DNA from: a virus
Lineage: Duplodnaviria; Caudoviricetes
Direction: 5' to 3' (one strand)
Length of the DNA stretch: 42,811 nucleotides
Virus record (IMG/VR): IMGVR_UViG_3300005326_000026
Span: 1 to 42,811 of that record
The notes under the pieces were generated by a model, which had not been told where the DNA came from, searched no databases, and worked only from the letters and a program-made list of their open reading frames with translations. Positions 36,089 to 42,811 of this stretch are shown here, in pieces; position 1 is the first letter of the stretch, and every line of letters begins with the position of its first letter. A program made the position numbers and the translations under genes.

Positions 36089-36117
36089 TTGACGATTATA
36101 CAATAGATTAGTATATT
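36089..36117 (+). promoter_or_regulatory. Promoter upstream of the capsid operon
   Basis: TTGACG-N17-TATATT; spacer resembles that of the promoter at 25827. Confidence 0.7.
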
Positions 36118-36286
36118 GAACAAGCAAGTACAGCAATTAGATGATCAGCTACAACAGCAGCGATTCACCGGGGCCATTACGATTTATTACAATCAGGGTG
36201 GTTTCCGGGGCGCAAAACTCATTCGTGAGGAGGTCATCGACGTAAAGGTTTTTACCGTGGGGCTTGTACCTCGCTCCACAGAATAA
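36116..36286 (+). CDS. Small protein, possibly DUF2292/YezD-like (56 aa, not in ORF track)
   Basis: RFTGAITIYYNQGGFRGAKLIREE motif; TTG start without a clear SD. Confidence 0.4.
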   Translation: MNKQVQQLDDQLQQQRFTGAITIYYNQGGFRGAKLIREEVIDVKVFTVGLVPRSTE

Positions 36287-36324
36287 GCGGATTCTTTTTC
36301 GCCTGATTTTTCAGATTCGAAAAG

Positions 36325-36359
36325 GCCCGCACTCCATTACAGGGGTGTGGGCTTTTTTT
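36325..36359 (+). terminator. Intrinsic terminator upstream of the scaffold gene
   Basis: GCCCGCACTCC-ATTACA-GGGGTGTGGGC followed by a T run. Confidence 0.8.
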
Positions 36360-36411
36360 ATCATATCACCGGACGGGCAAGCACCGAAGCCGGGAAAACA
36401 AGGGGTTTTAT

Positions 36412-37056
36412 ATGACGCTCGACGACGTAAAAAAGTTTGTAGCAGACAACAAGGACGATGCCGCGCTGAAGGAGTTCATCGGGACGATAGCGACCGTTGA
36501 CGACAAAGCCATCATCGAAAAGTATAAATCTTCGGCTGAGTACAAGGATGAAGTGAAGCGAGAGGGTGACCGTAGAGCTACGGGGGCCGTTGAGAAGTTC
36601 ATGAAAGAGACGATGCCGAAGCACTTAGAGGACGAGATTAAGAAGCGCTATCCCGATGAGACTAACGAACAGAAGGCGCTCCGGGAGATGAAGGCAGAAC
36701 TCGACAGCATCAAAACCGCGAAGTCACGCGAGGAGCTTCGGAACAAGGCCGTCAAAATGCTCAATGACAAGAAGATTGGAATTGAGTTTATGGATTTCAT
36801 CCAGGCCGCCGATGAGGACGAACTCAAAAACCGCGTAGAGCAGTTCCACGAACTGTTCAGTAAGAGCATAGTTTCGGCTGTCGATGAGAAGCTTAAAACG
36901 CACGGAGTTAATCCTCCGGTACACTCGTCCTCCCCGCCGGCGGGTAAGATCACCAGCCGGGAACAGCTTAAAGACATGAGCTCGGACCAGATTACAAAAG
37001 CCATCAATGAGGGCAGAGTTGACATTCCGGGCCTTGTCCTATCTAAGACTAAGTAA
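36412..37056 (+). CDS. Capsid scaffolding protein (DUF4355-like)
   Basis: Charged helical protein with EGDRRAT, NEQKALRE, AVDEKLK; precedes the major capsid gene. Confidence 0.8.
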   Translation: MTLDDVKKFVADNKDDAALKEFIGTIATVDDKAIIEKYKSSAEYKDEVKREGDRRATGAVEKFMKETMPKHLEDEIKKRYPDETNEQKALREMKAELDSIKTAKSREELRNKAVKMLNDKKIGIEFMDFIQAADEDELKNRVEQFHELFSKSIVSAVDEKLKTHGVNPPVHSSSPPAGKITSREQLKDMSSDQITKAINEGRVDIPGLVLSKTK

Positions 37057-37067
37057 GGAGGACTTTA

Positions 37068-37934
37068 ATGTCCGTTAATAACTTTATCCCCGAGGTTTGG
37101 TCAGCGCAGATTCTTGACAATCTCAACAAGAATATGGTGCTGGTCAATCTCTGTAATCGTGACTATGAGGGTGAGATTTCTGCTCTCGGCGACACGGTTA
37201 GGATTAACGAGATTGGTGATGTCGCCATAAATGACTACACCAAAAACTCGACTACCGCGCTAACGATTCAGGAACTCACCGATGCGCAGCAGATTCTCAC
37301 TATTGAGCGAGCGCGGTATTTCGCTTTCAAACTTGACGACGTTGACAAAGCACAGACCAAGCCGAAGCTTATGCAGAAGGCGGTTGAGCGTGCTGCCTAT
37401 AATATGTCCGACGATATGGATACGTGGGTAGCACAGAGGCTTTCAAGCCAGGGCTTCTTTAGCGGCGCTAACTCGTCCGAACTCGGTTCGACCGTAACGG
37501 CGTTGTCGGTAACTTCGACGCTCGTTATTACCGCGCTCGGCTGGGCTGCTCGGATACTCGACCAGAACAACGTCCCAGGGAAGGGCCGGTGGTCTGTCGT
37601 ATCGCCTGCGGTACACCACCAGATGATTCTTGCGCGCATTGTTCAGGACACCAACAATAGCAATTACCTCACCGGCGGTCCGAACGCTGTTGGTAATTTC
37701 TACGGGTTCAATATTTACGTATCGAACAACGTCTATCTCGGAAGTGCCGCATCGAGCCAGTACCATTGCCTCTTTGGGAACAGCATGGGTGTGACATTCG
37801 CTAATCAGTTAGCTGAGGTCAAGTCTTTTGAACTCGGCGCGGCTGGTTTCGGAGACGCCGTTAAGGGTCTTAACCTTTACGGAATGAAAATAACGCGACC
37901 CGAAGCAGTACTTCGCGGCGTGTTCACCCCGTAA
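37068..37934 (+). CDS. Major capsid protein
   Basis: NFIPEVWS, NRDYEGEI..GDTVRI, DDVDKAQ, GFNIYVSNN, DAVKGLNLYG.K..RPEA; SD AAGGAGG. Confidence 0.92.
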   Translation: MSVNNFIPEVWSAQILDNLNKNMVLVNLCNRDYEGEISALGDTVRINEIGDVAINDYTKNSTTALTIQELTDAQQILTIERARYFAFKLDDVDKAQTKPKLMQKAVERAAYNMSDDMDTWVAQRLSSQGFFSGANSSELGSTVTALSVTSTLVITALGWAARILDQNNVPGKGRWSVVSPAVHHQMILARIVQDTNNSNYLTGGPNAVGNFYGFNIYVSNNVYLGSAASSQYHCLFGNSMGVTFANQLAEVKSFELGAAGFGDAVKGLNLYGMKITRPEAVLRGVFTP

Positions 37935-37956
37935 TCAGGAACAGGAGGAATAAACA

Positions 37957-38415
37957 ATGGGATCAACTGCTCAGTCCGCAGCGGCCACTAAAAGCACCTT
38001 TACTGGGTATGCTGGGTCGATAACCGAAACCTTGACGGCGGTAACGTCGTCCGGGGTATATTTTAATGTTGGTGATGCTTCTAAAATCATCATCCGTGTA
38101 ACTAACGCAAGCTCGTCTGACAACGGCGCGGTATTCATTGAGCCTGGTGCTCGGTGGTCCGCCTCGCGCGGTCTTGCTCCGTCCACTGGTTCGACGGTTT
38201 ACAGCACCTCAACCGCGCCAATAGCGGCGTCTGTTGCGATGACCGCGGCCACCGGAAGCTCGGCGATTTACTCGACGGGCGTGTCCATTTATCTCGGGCC
38301 TTTCGAGTCCGGGACTATTAAGAGTTCAGACCAGACGGTTTACGTCGTGGCGTCCACCGGAAGCACTAAAATGTATGTCGGTGTGATTGTCCTCGATGGC
38401 GGCTCGACGAATTAG
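37957..38415 (+). CDS. Ser/Thr-rich capsid decoration-like protein
   Basis: Directly after the capsid gene, strong SD; 48 of 152 residues are Ser/Thr by my count. Confidence 0.6.
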   Translation: MGSTAQSAAATKSTFTGYAGSITETLTAVTSSGVYFNVGDASKIIIRVTNASSSDNGAVFIEPGARWSASRGLAPSTGSTVYSTSTAPIAASVAMTAATGSSAIYSTGVSIYLGPFESGTIKSSDQTVYVVASTGSTKMYVGVIVLDGGSTN

Positions 38416-38469
38416 TGTATCACCTGCGGGATGCAATACTCCCGCAGTTATTTATATTTTGGGGGATTT

Positions 38470-39249
38470 ATGCGGGATAAGGATTCAAGTGGTAAGATCG
38501 ATTTGGTGGAGCACGAGCCGGTGCTTGAAAATAGGCAGCCCGATAGGGGCAAGAAACGCAAAAAGGTTGCGCTGCTCGGGACTGTCCCGCATAAACTTCT
38601 CGCTCCCTTCGGGGACCCGGAGTTTGAGATTTGGGCAATAGCCCATGCCTGCCTCGGCGATCCTTTGCCGAGAGCTGACAGGATATTTGAGATTCATAAG
38701 TGGGATGAGGTGGTCAAGTGGGGAAGCTTGGGGGCTTTCGAGGCGTGGCCGGCCGCTCCTAAGTACTTGATAGAGGCTCGTCCTGATGTGCTGAATTCGG
38801 TCGCGTTCCCGTTCGATGAACTCGCGGCAAAGTTTAACATCTTCGACGATCGCAAAGAGCCGTTGATGACCAACTCTATAAGCTGGATGATGGCTCTGGC
38901 TATGGATGAGGGCTTCGAAGAGATTCACATCTACGGCGTGAATATGTCGCACCATACAGAGTACGGTACACAGAAGCCGTCGTGCGAGTATTATCTCGGG
39001 CTAGCAAAAGGTCGCGGGATTAAGATTTACGTGCCGAAGGAATCAGACTTGTGTAAAAGCTATTTTCTTTACGGGAAGGACGAGGAGCATCAGACCGAGA
39101 TCATGGTAAAATTGAACGACCGGATGAACTGGCTCCAGGCTCAGCTTAACAACTTCATGGCGCAGCGCGGGCAGGTTGAGCAAGCCATACAACAGCACAT
39201 CGGCGCGATTGAAGACGTGAAGTTTTGGATGGCACAATTTAAGCATTAA
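38470..39249 (+). CDS. Putative Maf/sialyltransferase-fold glycosyltransferase
   Basis: KKVALLGT, EIWAI, NSISWMMALAMDEGFEEIHIYGVNM resemble the GT29/GT42/Maf Rossmann pattern (vaivGxgPS ... a.lA..mGf.eI.l.G.D). Confidence 0.55.
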   Translation: MRDKDSSGKIDLVEHEPVLENRQPDRGKKRKKVALLGTVPHKLLAPFGDPEFEIWAIAHACLGDPLPRADRIFEIHKWDEVVKWGSLGAFEAWPAAPKYLIEARPDVLNSVAFPFDELAAKFNIFDDRKEPLMTNSISWMMALAMDEGFEEIHIYGVNMSHHTEYGTQKPSCEYYLGLAKGRGIKIYVPKESDLCKSYFLYGKDEEHQTEIMVKLNDRMNWLQAQLNNFMAQRGQVEQAIQQHIGAIEDVKFWMAQFKH

Positions 39250-39260
39250 GGAGGCTGGCG

Positions 39261-39650
39261 ATGGCTGGCTTTACCGATACCTTGGAAAATGCGCTGTTGG
39301 ATCACGTTTTCAACGGCGCATCATACTCAACGCCGACTAAGTGGATCGGTCTTTTCACGGTCGCGCCAACCGATGCTTCCAGCGGGACAGAGGTCGCTTC
39401 TACCGGTGGTTATACTCGCATAGCTGCGGCGACTTGGACGGCTGCTTCAAGCGGATATACCTATAACTCTACGGCCATCGCGTTTCCTACGGCAACTGGT
39501 GATTGGGGCACCATAGACTATTTCGCGGTATGCACGTCTTCGGCTGGCGGCGCGATGATTGCGTATAGCTCTCTTGCGGTTTCGAAAACAATAGCCACCG
39601 GTGATTCCGTGACGTTTTCAACGGGGTCTTTGGTTGTGACGCTGGATTAA
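39261..39650 (+). CDS. Virion structural protein (fibre/decoration-type)
   Basis: ENALLDHVF, GTEV..GGY.R, FPTATGDWGTI, SKTI..GD, LVVTLD. Confidence 0.65.
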   Translation: MAGFTDTLENALLDHVFNGASYSTPTKWIGLFTVAPTDASSGTEVASTGGYTRIAAATWTAASSGYTYNSTAIAFPTATGDWGTIDYFAVCTSSAGGAMIAYSSLAVSKTIATGDSVTFSTGSLVVTLD

Positions 39651-39654
39651 AGAT

Positions 39655-40452
39655 ATGGCAATTACAACGATGGACGGCCTTGTCAAAGGGCTTGCTGGTT
39701 CCGAGGTATTATATTGGTACAAGACTACTTCCACGACCACGGTCGCGGGATATGATTTATCGTGGTGGTATCTTGGCGGCGCTCCGGCAATACCTTCTAT
39801 TCCTTCTTCGGTAGCTATTGCCTGTACATCAACTGAGGCCGGCGCTCCTACTATGGCTATAGTCTCGACTGATAAGTATTATGCCGGTGTAGCAGATGTT
39901 GTGGCGACAGCATTACAGACTTTTACTCTTAACGACAGACTATATCACTGTGGCGGACTTGTGGGGAACTCAACGTCTTTGCAGTCCTTTACCGTGACTT
40001 CTACCGTGGCAATGGATAACGGTCGCATCAGTACCGACACGCCGACAGAATGGTGGGCCGAGGTGTATACGACAATGGGGACCGCGGCGAGTTCGTGCTA
40101 TTTTGACGTAACCTACACGGACGGCTCTACCGGAATTATCGCCCAAACATGGGGCTCTACAATGAGACAGTCGCGCCTTCTTCGCATTCTGTCTACTTCT
40201 AATAAAATAATCCAATCAATACACGGAGCAACGCTTCAGGTCACTACAGGGACCGCCGGTTCGTGGGGTGTGACGGTAGGCCGACCGCTGTTTTCTTTGA
40301 CGCCCCCGGCTGCTAATCAGGGGGTGTCGTATGACTTCGCTCAAATAGGCATGCCGCTGCTTTCCTCGAGGGCGTGTTTGTGGTGGAGATCGTGGATGGC
40401 CGCGACTGCTTCGGGCGTGCTTCAGGCTAAGGTACAAATAATAGCAGGATGA
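39655..40452 (+). CDS. Ser/Thr-rich virion structural protein
   Basis: MAITTMDGLV start; beta-rich; within the head-neck block. Confidence 0.55.
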   Translation: MAITTMDGLVKGLAGSEVLYWYKTTSTTTVAGYDLSWWYLGGAPAIPSIPSSVAIACTSTEAGAPTMAIVSTDKYYAGVADVVATALQTFTLNDRLYHCGGLVGNSTSLQSFTVTSTVAMDNGRISTDTPTEWWAEVYTTMGTAASSCYFDVTYTDGSTGIIAQTWGSTMRQSRLLRILSTSNKIIQSIHGATLQVTTGTAGSWGVTVGRPLFSLTPPAANQGVSYDFAQIGMPLLSSRACLWWRSWMAATASGVLQAKVQIIAG

Positions 40453-41132
40453 AAGATTGCGGGTTCATTAGGCGCGGTGATTATGCCGCCAGTCGCTATT
40501 CCAGATGGGGCGCTACTCGCGTTGCTGAATACGGCGAGGGATACCAGGCTCCGCCGATCGTTGAATATTTGTTTTGCCCGGAAGAAGGAACGGCGCACGA
40601 GGTTTCTGGAGTCATTGCCTCGCTTTCTTCGATGACCGGGGCTTGTGGTTATTTTTCCGGGGCGTCTGGAGTGGTCGCTGCGCTCTCTTCAGCGAGCGGT
40701 ACGGCCACTAAAATTTCGCTTGTGTCCGGCGTGGTTTCCGTGCTGTCGGGGGCAAGCGCCACCATAAGCTATTGGCAGGCGGTCGCCGGTGCAATAGCGG
40801 CTATGTCGGGCGCTACCGGATCGATTGCGCAGGTATTTGGCGCTAGTGGTATAGTGCAGGCTTTTTCGGGTGTGAATGGTGCGATTACCTTGATACCCGG
40901 TGCCATACAAATATCTGGTGCCATTTGGGCGGTTTCTCGGGTGTTTGAGCTGTTCCGGTATCTGAATCCGCAGACTGGATATTCTCAAATCGTCCAAAGT
41001 ATTACAGGCGATTCGCTGGTGTCTACAAGCGCCTTGGGCTTGTCTGCTGTGTCTACTTCTGTGGTGGGCGACTCCGGAATGGCGACAAGTGCCGTGTATT
41101 ACTCTTTGATTTCGACGGGGGTTAATAGATGA
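40449..41132 (+). CDS. Repeat-containing virion protein
   Basis: About six ~20-aa repeats (vSGvv.alSga.g.). Confidence 0.55.
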   Translation: MKDCGFIRRGDYAASRYSRWGATRVAEYGEGYQAPPIVEYLFCPEEGTAHEVSGVIASLSSMTGACGYFSGASGVVAALSSASGTATKISLVSGVVSVLSGASATISYWQAVAGAIAAMSGATGSIAQVFGASGIVQAFSGVNGAITLIPGAIQISGAIWAVSRVFELFRYLNPQTGYSQIVQSITGDSLVSTSALGLSAVSTSVVGDSGMATSAVYYSLISTGVNR

Positions 41133-41422
41133 TTTATGTTGGACAAAATTCCTTCCGTATCACCGTCGAGACTGGCATTGACCTGTCGGGAGTAAGCTCC
41201 AGCCAAATCTACATGAGGTATTTTTCGCCGACTCTCAGCACGGGGGCCTATGTAGCTACGGTTTCGGTATCGACCGCCGGGACAATCTATTACGACATGA
41301 CCTCCACCGATTCTCTCGCCACGGGCGTGTGGACGTTCTGGGCGCACGTTACCCACGGTGACAACCGCGTGTCTATCGGGGAGCCGTTCTACGTCACCGT
41401 TAGCGAGGAGGGCAAGGCATGA
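41129..41422 (+). CDS. Ig/BppU-N-like small structural protein
   Basis: IYVGQ, GIDLSG, GTIYY, GVWTFWAHV, SIGEPF. Confidence 0.55.
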   Translation: MIYVGQNSFRITVETGIDLSGVSSSQIYMRYFSPTLSTGAYVATVSVSTAGTIYYDMTSTDSLATGVWTFWAHVTHGDNRVSIGEPFYVTVSEEGKA

Positions 41423-41982
41423 TTATAACTCGCGCCGAAGTCAAGACATATTTAGGGATTAACAGCACCACCACGGACGACATTATCGACGCTTATCTCC
41501 CCGCGGTGATTGACGAGTTCTTCCAGTACACCAACAACTATTTCAGGTCTGATTCCGCGCGGTATTCCGGGTATGTTTCTTTTTCTTCTGCAGGAACGGC
41601 AACGCTCCCGTCGAACGAATGGGAGGCGGATTATGACTTTTACGCCGGGGACGAGATTTATGTCCACGGCTCGGTGCGGAACGATGGGCCTTATACTATT
41701 TCAAGCCTGACTACAGGCGTGATGACTATTTCGACTACGGCAACCCTTAAAGCCGAGGACGAACTTGTACCGTGCGACGTCTTCAAGGTCGAATTCCCGA
41801 TTTCGGCAAAGCCGGTATTGGCGCAGATGATTAAATTCAAGATGGACAACCCTCTCGGCGTGCCGCTGTCTGAGCGGTTGGGCGATTACTCCGTTACCTA
41901 CGCCGAAACCGGGATGCAGGGAGGCTATCCTGACGGCATAGCTTCCGCGATTAAAAAATACTGCGTGGTTCGCTTCGTATGA
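41419..41982 (+). CDS. Head-tail adaptor (SPP1 gp15-like) with internal insertion
   Basis: ITRAEVKTYLGI...YTNNYF and SERLGDYSVTY motifs. Confidence 0.75.
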   Translation: MIITRAEVKTYLGINSTTTDDIIDAYLPAVIDEFFQYTNNYFRSDSARYSGYVSFSSAGTATLPSNEWEADYDFYAGDEIYVHGSVRNDGPYTISSLTTGVMTISTTATLKAEDELVPCDVFKVEFPISAKPVLAQMIKFKMDNPLGVPLSERLGDYSVTYAETGMQGGYPDGIASAIKKYCVVRFV

Positions 41983-42293
41983 TTCAGAACTACTTCAAGC
42001 AATCGGTGCTGGTGCAGACTCCAACAAAGTCGATCAGCACGACCACGGGGGAAACAGTGGAAACGTGGTCCACAGGAACGACCGTCAAGGCGTCGATTCG
42101 TCCGCTATCGCTGGACAAGCAATACATCCAAAACAAGTCTTATGCGCTGGTAACACACCGGATGTATTCGACGTATCTGCCAGACGTCAACGATAGGGTG
42201 TACTACGACAGCCGTTATTATCAGATCATGTCAATCATCGATCCCATGACAATGGGGCGCTTTTATCAGGTGGATATGCGCCATGTCAGTTAA
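41979..42293 (+). CDS. Head closure protein (SPP1 gp16-like)
   Basis: GETVETW, THRMY, DRV...YYQIMSIIDP; position. Confidence 0.75.
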   Translation: MIQNYFKQSVLVQTPTKSISTTTGETVETWSTGTTVKASIRPLSLDKQYIQNKSYALVTHRMYSTYLPDVNDRVYYDSRYYQIMSIIDPMTMGRFYQVDMRHVS

Positions 42294-42657
42294 GTGGTAC
42301 GGAGATAAAGTCATCAAGGCGCTTGAAAACGCGAACGAGGCGGGATTGGTCGCCGTTGCTATTGACATAGAAGGGCAAGCAAAGCTTTTGACTCCGGTGG
42401 ATACCGGGAGGCTTCGGCAGTCAATAAGCTATGCCACGAGCACGCGCCGGCCCGTGAGGAAAGACGGCGTTACCACTTCGCCAAAAAAGGGCGAGGCAAT
42501 CATAGGCACGGCGGTTGAGTACGCGCCGCATGTTGAGTTCGGAACTCGTAGAATGAGGGCGCAATCTTTTCTCCGCAAGGCGGTGGACGAGCGCAAGGGG
42601 CTTATCAACGCAATCTTTACCCGTACATTCATAAGGGTTATGCAGGGCGTGAAATGA
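42283..42657 (+). CDS. HK97 gp10-like neck/tail component
   Basis: AKLLTPVDTGRLRQSI, VEYAPHVEFGT..M.AQSFLR. Confidence 0.88.
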   Translation: MSVKWYGDKVIKALENANEAGLVAVAIDIEGQAKLLTPVDTGRLRQSISYATSTRRPVRKDGVTTSPKKGEAIIGTAVEYAPHVEFGTRRMRAQSFLRKAVDERKGLINAIFTRTFIRVMQGVK

Positions 42658-42811
42658 TAGAAACTGAACTCCGAAAGATGCTCGTCCCGTCATCGTCAGC
42701 AATTCCGCAGATAGGCAACCAGCTCTATCTCGGTTTTATACCGTCGTCTATCACTTCTACGGCGCTCCCGTTTGCGGTGATGTTCTCGATTTCGCGCGAC
42801 GAAATGGACGA
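42654..42811 (+). CDS. Tail completion/terminator protein, 5' part
   Basis: ATGA overlap with the gp10-like gene; continues at the contig start. Confidence 0.7.
   Translation, partial: MIETELRKMLVPSSSAIPQIGNQLYLGFIPSSITSTALPFAVMFSISRDEMD
42689..42811. repeat. Exact terminal direct repeat (copy 2)
   Basis: Identical to 1-123. Confidence 0.97.

Overview
A complete, circularly permuted genome of a tailed dsDNA phage of siphovirus type, about 42,688 bp (bases 1-123 repeat exactly at 42689-42811). Every gene I can support is on the + strand. Order: tail module (major tail protein, -1 frameshifted chaperone, tape measure, tip, fibre), lysis cassette, recombination/replication block (Rad52/Sak-like annealase, exonuclease, HNH, initiator with internal origin, DnaB, SSB), many small accessory genes, an ncRNA-rich island, then terminase, SPP1-type portal, head and neck genes. 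I found no integrase or CI-type repressor. Two things stand out. (1) A pseudaminic-acid-type sugar pathway (PseB/C/H/I/F-like, Pse-associated methylase, WbuX/PseA-like amidotransferase) is inserted between the portal and minor head genes. A Maf/sialyltransferase-like gene sits among the head genes, and the surface-exposed virion proteins are strongly Ser/Thr-rich. Together these suggest a phage-encoded virion O-glycosylation system. (2) A 76-nt RNA consisting only of the tRNA-like domain of tmRNA lies in a cluster of other structured RNAs. Family calls come from motif recognition by eye; no database searches or folding programs were run.
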